Assembly (NCBI GenBank): GCA_963822965.1
Contig: CAWGJT010000009.1
Span: forward strand, 1-64,000
Length of the DNA: 64,000 nucleotides
Reading direction: 5' to 3'
From: an uncultured delta proteobacterium
GTDB taxonomy: Bacteria > Myxococcota_A > UBA9160 > UBA4427
This document shows, piece by piece, positions 52,775 to 62,632 of this stretch. Each line of letters begins with the position of its first letter. The first letter of the stretch is position 1. The position numbers and the translations under genes were made by a program. The notes under the pieces were generated by a model, which saw only the letters and a program-made list of their open reading frames with translations, did no database searches and was not told the origin of the DNA.

Positions 52775-55192
52775 ATGCACCGCTCCCCCCTGCAGCTTCC
52801 CCGCCCCGCGACACGAACCGCGGGACTGCCCCTGGCGTTGACCCTGATCGCCGCCCTGGTGCTCGTCACCGCGTGCCAGTACGACCGCGAGTCGCGGCTC
52901 GCCGAGATCCGAACGCTCCAGGCGGCCGGAAAGTTCGACGAGTCCATCGCTCCGCTGCGCGTCCTGCTCACCGCCGAAGCCGACCATCCCGAGGCCAACT
53001 ACCGGCTGGGCGTGGCGCTGGTGCAGACCGGCCGGCCGAGTCTGGCGATCTGGCCGCTGCAGAAGGCGGCGCAGTCCGAGGAATTCAAGATCCAGGCGGG
53101 TCTCTTGTTGGCGACGACCCTGCTCGCCACCGAATCCTACGAAGAGGCCATCCGCGCCACCGATACGGTGCTCGCGGTCGAGCCGGACCGGGTGTCCGCC
53201 CTCTACACGCGCGCGCGCGCCAACATCGCCTCGGGCAAGCCGGCCGAAGCGCTCGTCGACGCCGAACACGTGCTCGAGCTGCAGCCCGACGACTTCATGG
53301 GCACCACCCTCAAGGTGGCGGCGCTGATCGACCTCGAGCGATTCGACGAGGCCGAGGCCACGCACATCAAGCTCAAGGAAGCGAGCGAGAAGGCGGGAGA
53401 CGAAGACGCCGCAGCGCGCGCATGCACGGTGCTCGCCCGCTTCTACGCCAGCCGGGAAGACCTCGACAAGGCCAACACCACCCTGCGCGAGTGCATGGAG
53501 AAGTATCCGTCCAACAGCTTCGTGCAGCAGTACGCCTCGGACTTCTTCATCGAGACCGACCAGCAGGACGAAGCGATCGCGGTCTGGCGCAAGGCGGTCG
53601 AGCTGGCCCCCGAGGAGATCCTGCTGCGCAGCAAGCTCGCGAGCCTGCTCCACGACGCCGGCCGCACCGACGAGGCCGAGGCCGTCTACAAGGAGACGGT
53701 CGAGCTCTTCGACAACGCCCAGGCCTGGCAGCTGCTGGGCGGCTTCTACCGCAAGCTCGGACGCATCACCGAGTCCCGCGAGGCGATCGAGAAGGCCCTC
53801 GAGCGCGCGCCCAAGGAGCCGCCGGCCCTTCGCTTCGCGCTGGCCGACGTCCTGATCGCCGAGGGCAACTACGACCGCGCCGAGGCGATCGCCGAGAGCA
53901 TGCAGGAGCCGAGCTACCGGGCCCTGGTGCGCGGCAGCGTGAAGCTCGCGAAGGGCGACCCGGAAGGCGCCCTGAAGCTGCTGGAGTCGGGCATCCGGCT
54001 GTGGCCGAACAACGCCGGGGCGCGCTACGTGGCCGGACAGGCGGCTCTCCAGCTCGGCGATCTCGACCGGGCGCTCGCCGAATACCGCGAAGCGACTCGC
54101 GTGGACGAGGGCGCCACCGACGCCGCGCTCGCCATGGCGCGGATCTACTACTCGCTCCACAAGTATCCCGCCGCCGAGCAGTTCGCCGAACGGCAGATCA
54201 AGACGCGACCGTTCGAGAACGGAGACGCGCACGTGATCGCGATTCGCGCCGCCGCCGAGCAGGGCCTGTGGGACAAGGCCGAGAATCTGCTCCAGAACCT
54301 CAACGCGCATCCCGGCATGCGGAACCTCGTGATCGTCGAGCTCGCCGGCGTGATGCGCAAGCGTGAAGGCTACGAGGCCGCCGTCCAGGCCGTCGAGAAG
54401 AGCGGTCTCGACCTCACCGACGAGGCCAACGCGATGGCGCTCACGTCGCTGTCCCTCGACCTGATCGCGCTCGGACGCCAGGAGGAGGCGCTCGGCCGGG
54501 TCGACGCGGCGCTCGCCAAGGCCCCCGCCAACCCCAAGCTGCTGGACATCCGCGCGCGCCTGCTGGCACGCATGGCCCGGGACGACGAGGCGAAGACCGC
54601 CGTCGCCAAGGCGCTCGAGGCCGATCCGAACTTCGCACCGGCCCTCGAGGTGAAGGCCATGTACGCCGACCAGGCCGGCAAGCTCGAGGAGTCTCTCGCG
54701 CTGTACGACCGCGCCGCGGCGGCGGACCCCGAGAACGCGGACTACGCCTACCGGGCGGCGCGCATCTCGCTGCGGCTGGGCCGCACCGAGGACGCGATCG
54801 CGCGGCTTCGCAAGGTCGTGAGCCTCTCTCCCGGCCACGTCGCCGCCACCAACGATCTCGCCTGGTGGCTCGCGGAGTCGGGCCGCGAGCTCGATTTGGC
54901 CCTCGACCTGGCCAAGCGGGCCATCCAGCTCGATCGACGCGCCGAGACCCTCGACACCCTCGGCTGGGTGCAGTTCAAGCGGGGCGACGTGGACGCCGCG
55001 ATCACCTCCTTCGAGGCGGCTCTCCAGGCGCAGCCGGACTCGCCTTCGGTGCGCTACCGCCTGGCGCTGGCGCAGCACCAGAAGGGCGATGCCAAGGCCG
55101 CTCGAGAGAACCTGTCGCGCGCGCTGGAGATCGACTCCTTCCCCGAGATGCAGGCCGCACGAGCCGAGCTCGCTCGCCTCGAGAACGACTGA
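52775..55192 (+). CDS. Large TPR lipoprotein (PrsT-like)
   Basis: LVTAC lipobox, TPRs throughout, C-terminal NDLAW..DTLGWV..YRLALA; divergent from the PEP-CTERM gene. Confidence 0.85.
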   Translation: MHRSPLQLPRPATRTAGLPLALTLIAALVLVTACQYDRESRLAEIRTLQAAGKFDESIAPLRVLLTAEADHPEANYRLGVALVQTGRPSLAIWPLQKAAQSEEFKIQAGLLLATTLLATESYEEAIRATDTVLAVEPDRVSALYTRARANIASGKPAEALVDAEHVLELQPDDFMGTTLKVAALIDLERFDEAEATHIKLKEASEKAGDEDAAARACTVLARFYASREDLDKANTTLRECMEKYPSNSFVQQYASDFFIETDQQDEAIAVWRKAVELAPEEILLRSKLASLLHDAGRTDEAEAVYKETVELFDNAQAWQLLGGFYRKLGRITESREAIEKALERAPKEPPALRFALADVLIAEGNYDRAEAIAESMQEPSYRALVRGSVKLAKGDPEGALKLLESGIRLWPNNAGARYVAGQAALQLGDLDRALAEYREATRVDEGATDAALAMARIYYSLHKYPAAEQFAERQIKTRPFENGDAHVIAIRAAAEQGLWDKAENLLQNLNAHPGMRNLVIVELAGVMRKREGYEAAVQAVEKSGLDLTDEANAMALTSLSLDLIALGRQEEALGRVDAALAKAPANPKLLDIRARLLARMARDDEAKTAVAKALEADPNFAPALEVKAMYADQAGKLEESLALYDRAAAADPENADYAYRAARISLRLGRTEDAIARLRKVVSLSPGHVAATNDLAWWLAESGRELDLALDLAKRAIQLDRRAETLDTLGWVQFKRGDVDAAITSFEAALQAQPDSPSVRYRLALAQHQKGDAKAARENLSRALEIDSFPEMQAARAELARLEND

Positions 55193-55202
55193 GCGCAGGC
55201 AC

Positions 55203-57686
55203 ATGGGGATCGGATCGAAGAGACCGTTGGCGCGGTCGCGCGCCGACGGTTTCCTGACCGCCGGCGCGCTCCTGCTGACGGTCGTCCTCGCGTGCTCGTC
55301 TCCCGAGGAACGCGCGCGCTCGCACCTCGAGCAGGCACGGCACTATCTGGCCGAGAACCGCCGCAAAGAAGCCACCCTCGAGCTGCAGAGCGCGCTGCAA
55401 TTCGATCCCTCGAGCGTCGAGGCCAACAACCGGCTGGCGGAGATCGAGCTGGCGAACGGCAATCTCAGCGCCGCCCTCAGCTACATGCAGGAGGCGTTCC
55501 GCCTCGATCCGACCGACAGCACGGCCTGCCTCCACCTCGCCAGCCTGCTCCGGACCGACCAGCCGGATCGCGCCCGGGAGCTCATCGAGGCGGTGATCGA
55601 GCGCGAGCCGGAGAACCCCGACGGCTACATCGGACGTTCGGACCTGGCGCTCGCCGAGGGACGCACGCGGGACGCCATCGCAGCCGCCCGCCAGGCGGCG
55701 GAGGTCGCGCCCGACGACCCGCACGTGGACTGGCAGCAGGGCTACATCCTGGAGGCGATGATCCGAGAGGGCCAGCTCACCGGTGAGACGGCGGAGGACT
55801 CGATCTACAAGGGCGCCCTGGCCGCCTTCGAGCGGTACATCGAGAAGGGCGGCGAGAGCCCGTGGACCGCGCAGCTCGAGGAGGCACGGGTACTCGGCGC
55901 CTGGGAGGGGCGCGGGCGCGAAGCCGCGCGGCTCTTCCGGATCTCCGTGCAGAGCGCCCTGGAAGCCGACGCCGCCACGGACGCCCTGCGCGGCGCGACG
56001 ACGGCCGCGGGCTACGCCCGCGCCGTCGGAGACGACGAGCTGCTCGAATGGGCCCTGGGCGTGCTCGTCGAGCAGGAGCCGCGCGACCTGCGCAACTGGC
56101 AGACCCTCGCCGAGCTACGACGGCGCCAGCGCAAGAACCCGGAAGAAGTGTGGCAGCGCATGATCGAGACCCTGCCCCAGGAGCCACGCGCCCACATCGA
56201 GTACGCGCGCTTCCTGATCTCGCGCTGGAAGCTCGACGAGGCCCTCGCCTATCTCGAGAAGAAGGCCTCCGAGGGAGTGGACCCGCCCATGCTGCTGGGT
56301 GCGATTGCCAGCACGCAGATGGCGGCCGGGCGCCTGGACGACGCGCGGAAGACCGTGGCCCGCCTGGAGCGGGAGCACCCGGGCAGCCCGCGCACCATCC
56401 TCGAGCGTGCCCAGCTCGACATCCGGACCGGCCAGGTCCGGCCGGCGCTCCGCTCGCTGCGCAAGCTGGCCGAGAAGGGCTCCGACGCCGACGTCTTCCG
56501 CATGCTGGCCCGCGCGGAGGAGATCGTCGGCAACCGGGACCGGGCCCTCGCGGCCGTCAACCACGCGATCGAGGCGAGCCCGTTCTTCTCCTACGAGGAC
56601 CAGCGCATGCGGTCTCGCATGCTGGCGGAGAGCGGCAAGTACGCCGCCGCCATCACGAACCTGCTGGCCATCCGCGACCGCATGCCGCTCTCCGCGGAGG
56701 ACAACCTCCTGCTGGCCCGCTGCCGCTACGAGAACGGCCAGAACCTGCACGGGCGCAAGCTGCTCGAAGGGATCCTGGCGACGCGCCGTCCCCCGGCCGA
56801 CGCGGTGCTCGAGTACGCGCGCCGGGAGTCGGACGATCCCCAGCATGTGGATCTCGCGCGCCGGGAGCTGGAAGCGCTGATACGCCGCAAGCCGGACCAG
56901 TGGGAGGCGCTGGGCGAGCTCGTCCGCATCGATCGTGCCTCCGGCCACGACGAGCAAGCGCTGGACCGGCTGGACCGGATCATCGAGCGGCAGGGTGATC
57001 GGGTCCCCCCGCAGATCCTCCTGCTGCGCGCACAGGTGAGCGCGGGCGCCGGTCGACAGGACGGGGCGCTCGCGGACGCGGAGGCGGCCTTCCGCGCACA
57101 GCCCCGGCTGCGGGGTGCCCTGGAGATGGTGGTCGCCCTGCAGCTGCGCAAGGGCGACGTGGACGGCGCCATCGCCGCGGCCGAGGAGGCGAAGCGGAAG
57201 GGCGCTCTCGACCCCGATCGACGCGCGCTGCTGGGCCGCCTGTACTCGATGAAGGGAAGGGACGACGAGGCGCTCACGATCCTCGAGCAGGCGCTCGAGG
57301 GAGGGGCCTCCGACCCGATCCTCAAGAGCGACGTGGCCTTCCTGCTGGCGAAGAAGGGCCGCGACCTGGAGCGCGCCCTGACCATCGCCCAGGAGGCCGA
57401 GAGCGAGCTCACGGACGATCCCCGCGCCGCGGACACCCTTGGCTACGTGTACCTGCGTTCCGGGCAGAGTAATCGCGCGCTGTCGCACTTCGAGCAGGCC
57501 GTGGCGCGCTCCGACGCCCCACATCCCGTCTACTACTACCATCTGGGGCTCGCCCTGCAGTCGCTCGACCGCAGCGAGGAGGCCGCTCGGGCCTTCGAGA
57601 AGGCGCTCTCCATCAGTCCGGACTTCCCGGAGGCGAACGAGGCGAGACGCGCGCTCGAGGGAACTCGCAACGCCCGTGCCTCCTGA
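55203..57686 (+). CDS. Large TPR lipoprotein (PrsT-like), paralog of the upstream gene
   Basis: VLACSSPEERARSHL lipobox region, TPRs, C-terminal DTLGYVY..YHLGLAL..FPEA. Confidence 0.85.
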   Translation: MGIGSKRPLARSRADGFLTAGALLLTVVLACSSPEERARSHLEQARHYLAENRRKEATLELQSALQFDPSSVEANNRLAEIELANGNLSAALSYMQEAFRLDPTDSTACLHLASLLRTDQPDRARELIEAVIEREPENPDGYIGRSDLALAEGRTRDAIAAARQAAEVAPDDPHVDWQQGYILEAMIREGQLTGETAEDSIYKGALAAFERYIEKGGESPWTAQLEEARVLGAWEGRGREAARLFRISVQSALEADAATDALRGATTAAGYARAVGDDELLEWALGVLVEQEPRDLRNWQTLAELRRRQRKNPEEVWQRMIETLPQEPRAHIEYARFLISRWKLDEALAYLEKKASEGVDPPMLLGAIASTQMAAGRLDDARKTVARLEREHPGSPRTILERAQLDIRTGQVRPALRSLRKLAEKGSDADVFRMLARAEEIVGNRDRALAAVNHAIEASPFFSYEDQRMRSRMLAESGKYAAAITNLLAIRDRMPLSAEDNLLLARCRYENGQNLHGRKLLEGILATRRPPADAVLEYARRESDDPQHVDLARRELEALIRRKPDQWEALGELVRIDRASGHDEQALDRLDRIIERQGDRVPPQILLLRAQVSAGAGRQDGALADAEAAFRAQPRLRGALEMVVALQLRKGDVDGAIAAAEEAKRKGALDPDRRALLGRLYSMKGRDDEALTILEQALEGGASDPILKSDVAFLLAKKGRDLERALTIAQEAESELTDDPRAADTLGYVYLRSGQSNRALSHFEQAVARSDAPHPVYYYHLGLALQSLDRSEEAARAFEKALSISPDFPEANEARRALEGTRNARAS

Positions 57687-60600
57687 TGCACCGCCCACCA
57701 CGGCCGCGGCGTCTCCGCCCGCACGCGGCTCCCACTTCGGGCTGCTGCTGCTCTGCTTCTTCCTGTCGGGCCTCGCGGCTCTGATCTACCAGACGGCCTG
57801 GACGCGCAACTTCGCGTTCGTGTTCGGAACCTCGGAGCTCGCGGTGGCCAGCGTGCTGGCCGCCTACATGGGCGGGCTCGCCCTCGGTGCCGCGGTGGTG
57901 TCGCGGGTAGCGCCCTCGATCCGGCGGCCGGTGCTGGCGTACGGTCTGCTCGAGCTGGCGATCGGGCTGACCGCCCTGGCGGTCCCCTTTGCGGTGACGG
58001 GAGCGACGCGGCTCTACGTCGCGATCTTCGGCGCCCAGGGTGCGCCGGGCGACGAGGGCGGCCTGCTCACGGCGCTCTTCTATCTCGCCTGCTCGTTCGC
58101 GATCCTGCTGGTGCCCACCTCGCTGATGGGCGCCACCCTGCCGCTGTTGGCGCGACACGCGGTCCGGCGCGAGGAGGAGATCGGGCGCCGCATCGGCCAC
58201 CTCTACGCGACGAACACCGCGGGTGCGGTGACCGGTACGGTGCTGACGGGCTTCGTCCTGCTGCCGCACCTCGGGCTCCGCACCACCGTCTGGATCGCCG
58301 TCGCCGCCAACGCCGTGGTCTTCGCCGCGGCCGCAGCCCTGGCACGACGCGCCCCGGCCCTCGAGACCCGGCCCGTCGCGTCCACCGAGGTCGACCCGCG
58401 CGACCCGAACCGCTGGATCCTGCCCCTGATCGCCGTCTCCGGCGCCGTCTCCTTCACCTACGAGGTGCTCTGGACGCGCCTGCTGGGGCACGTGCTCGGC
58501 GGCAGCGTGTACGCGTTCGCGACGATGCTGGCGACCTTCCTCGCCGGCATCGCCATCGGGTCCTGGGCGGCCTCGGGTCGGCTGGTCGCCGATCGACCGA
58601 AGGCGGCCCGAAGCTTCGCCTGGGCACAGGTGGGCGCGGGAGCGCTCTCGCTGCTCGCCTACCTCGCGATCGACTCCACACCGGCGTGGATCCAGCAGGT
58701 CGGCGCCCGGGGCGACCTGCGGCTCCTCGTCGACGCGGCCGTGGCCTCGGCGATCCTGCTTCCGGGAACCCTCTGCATCGGTGCCACCTTCCCCCTGGCG
58801 GTGCGCGTGCTCGCGCGCGGCCGCGCCGAGGCCGGCCCCGCCAGCGCGAGGGTCTACGCCTGGAATACGGTCGGCGCCATCTGCGGCGCGGTCGGGGCGG
58901 GCTTCTTCCTGATTCCCGGCCTCGGCTTCGAGGGGGCCCTCTCCCTGGCGGTCGCCACGAACGCCGGCCTGGCCCTCGCCGCCGCCGGGTTCGCCCGACC
59001 GCGCCCACGGCTGGCGCTCGCGGGAGCCCTCGTCGTCGTGCTGCTGCTCGCGGCCGTGCGTCCCGGCCCCCCGTGGCAGCTCGTGCGGATGGGCGCCCTC
59101 AACGCACGGGTCAAGGAGTCCAAGGTCGTCTACTACGGCGTCGGGCGCGGGGCCACGGTGATGCTCCAGGAGGCGCCGGACGGCTGGACGGTGAGCTCCA
59201 ACGGCCTGGCCGAGGCGGTCATCAACCGGCCGGGCGTGCGGGTCGGTCGCTACGTGATGGTGCGCTGGATGAGCAACCTGCCGGCCTGGGGCCGTCCCAA
59301 GGCGCGCTCGCTGCTGGTGGTGGGCTTCGGCGGCGGACTCGTCGTGGAAGCGGTTCCGCCGTGCTTCGAGCGCGTAGACGTGGTGGAGATCGAGCCGGAG
59401 ATGATCCGCGCCAACGCGGCGATCGCGGCCGAACGCCGGGAGGACCCCCTCTCCGACCCGCGCCTCCGGATCATCATCAACGATGCCCGCAGCGCGCTGC
59501 TCCTGACCCACGAGCGCTACGACGCGATCGTCTCCCAGCCGTCCCACCCCTGGACGGCGGCCGCCTCCCACCTCTACACCCGTGAGTTCTTCCAGATCGT
59601 GCACGACCATCTCTCCGACGACGGCGTCTTCGTGCAGTGGATGGGACTGGGCTTCATCGACGAGCCGTTGCTGCGGACGCTGATCGCCACCCTGGAGGAT
59701 GTCTTTCCGCACGTGCGCGTCTACCGGCCGTCGCCGGGCGGGCTCCTCTTCGCGGCATCGACCCAGCCCTTCGAGCCCGAGCGAACGGCCGAGGCGACCA
59801 TCGCCAGCGCCCCGCGGCTCGCCGACGAGCTCGGCGTCCACGGCGGAGCCGACATCGCCGCCCACCTGGTGCTCGACGAGGCCGGGGCGCGGGCGTTCTC
59901 CCGGGGCGCCCCCGTCAGCACCGACGACCGCAACCTGCTGCAGATGCGGTCTCCGCAGATCGTGCGCGAGGCGGGCCGCTTCGACCCCGACGAGGCGCTG
60001 GCGCCCTACGACCCCCTGCTCGCCCCCGAGCTTCCCTTCGATCGAGCCTACCTGGTGCGGCGGCTCCTCTTCACGGGGATGACCGAACGCGCCGAGCGGG
60101 TGGCGGGCGCCGCCACGGACCCCGTGGAGCGCGACGTGACCCAGGCCTTCCTCGCCGTGTTCCGCGGCGATCCCACCGCGGCCATCGGCCTGCTGCAGCG
60201 TGTCCTGGCGGTCGACCCGACGAACGGAGAGGCACGTCTCGCGCTGCTGCGCATCGCCCGGGCTTCGGGACAGGACGGTGCCGCATTGCTCGCGCGCATC
60301 GGCTCCCCGCCCGACGACCGGGAGGCGATGCTGCTGCAGGCCTGGCGGGACGAGCAGGCGGGACGCTTCGAGGCCGTGCGCGCGGTGGAGCCGCAGCTCG
60401 CGTCGATCGGCGCCCTGGACCCCGCGTTCCTGCCGGCGACCCGGCTCCGGGCCGCCTGGCGGCTCGCCCTGGGCTCGAGGGAGCGGGCCGAAGAAGCGCT
60501 CCACCTGCTGGACACGGCGCTGCCCCTGGGCGGCGATCTCGAAGACCTCGTCCAGCGAGCGCGCGCGGCGGGCCAGGCGGGCTACCCGGCGGGCGTGACC

Positions 60601-60765
60601 GCGTCGCTCTTCGAGGTGGTCCGCAAGACGGACGACCGCCCCGCCCACACCGCCGTCGTGCGGGAGGCGATACGCGTGCTCGACGGCCTGCCCGCGGACG
60701 CCATGCCGATCGCGCAACGGCGCGCCTTCGATGCCCGGCTGCGCGCGAAGCTCCGGCGGCGCTGA
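57676..60765 (+). CDS. Fused membrane (MFS-like) / spermidine-synthase-like protein with helical C-terminal extension
   Basis: FFLSGLAALIYQ, LMGATLP, YATNTAG repeated as YAWNTVG; VGFGGG, VEIE, NDAR, DAIVSQPSHPW, LYTREF. Confidence 0.88.
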   Translation: MPPDAPPTTAAASPPARGSHFGLLLLCFFLSGLAALIYQTAWTRNFAFVFGTSELAVASVLAAYMGGLALGAAVVSRVAPSIRRPVLAYGLLELAIGLTALAVPFAVTGATRLYVAIFGAQGAPGDEGGLLTALFYLACSFAILLVPTSLMGATLPLLARHAVRREEEIGRRIGHLYATNTAGAVTGTVLTGFVLLPHLGLRTTVWIAVAANAVVFAAAAALARRAPALETRPVASTEVDPRDPNRWILPLIAVSGAVSFTYEVLWTRLLGHVLGGSVYAFATMLATFLAGIAIGSWAASGRLVADRPKAARSFAWAQVGAGALSLLAYLAIDSTPAWIQQVGARGDLRLLVDAAVASAILLPGTLCIGATFPLAVRVLARGRAEAGPASARVYAWNTVGAICGAVGAGFFLIPGLGFEGALSLAVATNAGLALAAAGFARPRPRLALAGALVVVLLLAAVRPGPPWQLVRMGALNARVKESKVVYYGVGRGATVMLQEAPDGWTVSSNGLAEAVINRPGVRVGRYVMVRWMSNLPAWGRPKARSLLVVGFGGGLVVEAVPPCFERVDVVEIEPEMIRANAAIAAERREDPLSDPRLRIIINDARSALLLTHERYDAIVSQPSHPWTAAASHLYTREFFQIVHDHLSDDGVFVQWMGLGFIDEPLLRTLIATLEDVFPHVRVYRPSPGGLLFAASTQPFEPERTAEATIASAPRLADELGVHGGADIAAHLVLDEAGARAFSRGAPVSTDDRNLLQMRSPQIVREAGRFDPDEALAPYDPLLAPELPFDRAYLVRRLLFTGMTERAERVAGAATDPVERDVTQAFLAVFRGDPTAAIGLLQRVLAVDPTNGEARLALLRIARASGQDGAALLARIGSPPDDREAMLLQAWRDEQAGRFEAVRAVEPQLASIGALDPAFLPATRLRAAWRLALGSRERAEEALHLLDTALPLGGDLEDLVQRARAAGQAGYPAGVTASLFEVVRKTDDRPAHTAVVREAIRVLDGLPADAMPIAQRRAFDARLRAKLRRR

Positions 60766-60774
60766 CCCGCCTCG

Positions 60775-62502
60775 CTACTCCGCACGGCCGCCGGTCGAGC
60801 CGCCGGCACCGCGTGCCTCGCGCAGCCGCTGGAAGCGGAGGGCCCGCTCCACCTCGGCCAGATCGCCCTGCAGGCTCTCGGTAATGGGACCGCCGCGATC
60901 GATGGCCCGCCGGATGGTGTCGCGCGCCGCGGCGAGATCGCCCAGCACGATCTGCGCCTGGGCGATGAGGCGCAGCTCGTGCTGGGAGGGCGCTTCGTTG
61001 CGCGAGAGCCGCTCGATCCACTCGCGGGCCCACTTCCGCTTCAGGGACTCGAAGGCCGGCGCTCCCTGGATGGGCGCGTAGCCGTCCATCAGCAGGTGGT
61101 CGAGCCGGTTGTAGCCCCGGGCGTGGGCGGCCTCCAGCAAGGCCACCGCCGTCGCGGCGTCGCCCGCCCGGGCGGCCGCGGTGGCGCGCTGGGTCTTCGC
61201 CGCGACGCCGTCCGGATAGTGGAGCGTGGCGTCCGCCATCACCCGCTCCGGGGACTGCCAGACCCGTGCGCGGTCGAAGCTGCGCGCCGCGAAGAGCAGC
61301 ACGAGGAGGACGGCCGCGATCTGCACACCCCGCCCCAGGCGGTCCGCGGCCACCCCCGTCCGCCGCGCGAGCCCGGGCAACGCGCTCTCGCCCGCCAGCA
61401 CGACGCCGCCGATGAGTCCGGGCAGGATGAAGTAGAGGTAGCGATCCGCCAGCGGGAACGGCAGCGGGATCACGCCGCAGATGGGCGCGAAGGAGACGAG
61501 CGCGAAGGTCCACCACGCCGCCTCCTCGCGGCGCGCGCGCAGCGTCCGCAGCACGCGCCAGCCGAGCGCCGCCAGCACAGGCAGCGAGGCGAGCCACCAG
61601 GGATCGAGGAGGCCGACGCGATCCGGCTCGTGGAACGCCGAGAGCCCGTACGAAGTCGCGGCCATCACCAGATAGCGGAGCGCCACGGCGAAGATGCCCC
61701 GCACCCGGTCGCCCGCATCCGCGTAGAGGGCGGGGGCCTGTCCCGCCGTCTGGCCGAAGGCGGTGAACTCGGCGACCGCGAAGACGACGAGGATGCCCGC
61801 CTGGACCGCGAGCCAGCCCCACCTCCAATCCACCGGCTTCGCCGCCTTCGTGCGCGTGTCCGGATCGGGAGCCGTGCGCGCCCAGCCGAGCACCGCGGCG
61901 ACGAAGAGGGCGACCGCGGCGGTGGGCTTCGCGAGCAGCGAGAGGGCGAAGAGCAACGCCGCCCACCTCGGGCGCCGGGGATGCAGGAGCAACGCGCCCA
62001 GGCAGAGCACCATCGCCGACGAGGTCTTGAGCTGGCTGATCCAGGCCACCGCCTCCACGTTGGCGGGGTGCACGAGGAAGAAGGCCCCGCCGATCGCCGA
62101 GGCCCGCGCCGAGACGCCGCTCCGGCCCAGCAGCAGCACCAGCAGCAGCGAGGCGAGCGCGTGCAGCAGGACGTTGACGACGTGGTAGCCGAGGACGTTC
62201 TCGCCGAAGAGCTGCCACTCCAAGGCGTGCAGCAGGATGTGAACCGGCGCGTAGTTCTCCACGATCACGGCGAGCACGCTGGTCGGGTCGAGGATGGCGA
62301 CCACGTTGTCCACGGTGAGCTCGTGGACGAAGACGTTGCGCTCGACGTAGTGCTCGTCGTCCGAGACGAAGCTTCCCCGCAGCGCCGGCGCGTAGACCAC
62401 GAGCGCCGTCACGACGAAGGCGGCCAGCAGCAGAGCGGCTCCCGGTCGGGCGGCCGCCGGCGCCGGACCGGAGCGGTTGCGCTTGGACGTCGAGCGGGCC
62501 AG
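60775..62502 (-). CDS. TMTC-like GT-C protein O-glycosyltransferase with TPR-like tail; possible CTG start
   Basis: FVSDDEHYV, YHVVNVLLH, VHPANVEAVAWIS, LLAKP, ADRYLYF; AGGAGG just upstream of CTG at 62502. Confidence 0.8.
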   Translation of the reverse strand: MARSTSKRNRSGPAPAAARPGAALLLAAFVVTALVVYAPALRGSFVSDDEHYVERNVFVHELTVDNVVAILDPTSVLAVIVENYAPVHILLHALEWQLFGENVLGYHVVNVLLHALASLLLVLLLGRSGVSARASAIGGAFFLVHPANVEAVAWISQLKTSSAMVLCLGALLLHPRRPRWAALLFALSLLAKPTAAVALFVAAVLGWARTAPDPDTRTKAAKPVDWRWGWLAVQAGILVVFAVAEFTAFGQTAGQAPALYADAGDRVRGIFAVALRYLVMAATSYGLSAFHEPDRVGLLDPWWLASLPVLAALGWRVLRTLRARREEAAWWTFALVSFAPICGVIPLPFPLADRYLYFILPGLIGGVVLAGESALPGLARRTGVAADRLGRGVQIAAVLLVLLFAARSFDRARVWQSPERVMADATLHYPDGVAAKTQRATAAARAGDAATAVALLEAAHARGYNRLDHLLMDGYAPIQGAPAFESLKRKWAREWIERLSRNEAPSQHELRLIAQAQIVLGDLAAARDTIRRAIDRGGPITESLQGDLAEVERALRFQRLREARGAGGSTGGRAE

Positions 62503-62632
62503 AGGACCTCCTGAATCACGCCCGGTGCCGTCCGGGGCGCACAGGATACAGAAGTCGACCCGACCGAAGACCGTTGTACCCTGGGCGTCCCGAACCGGCC
62601 CGGCTCCAGGAAATCGCCCCGAGGAAGCTTCG

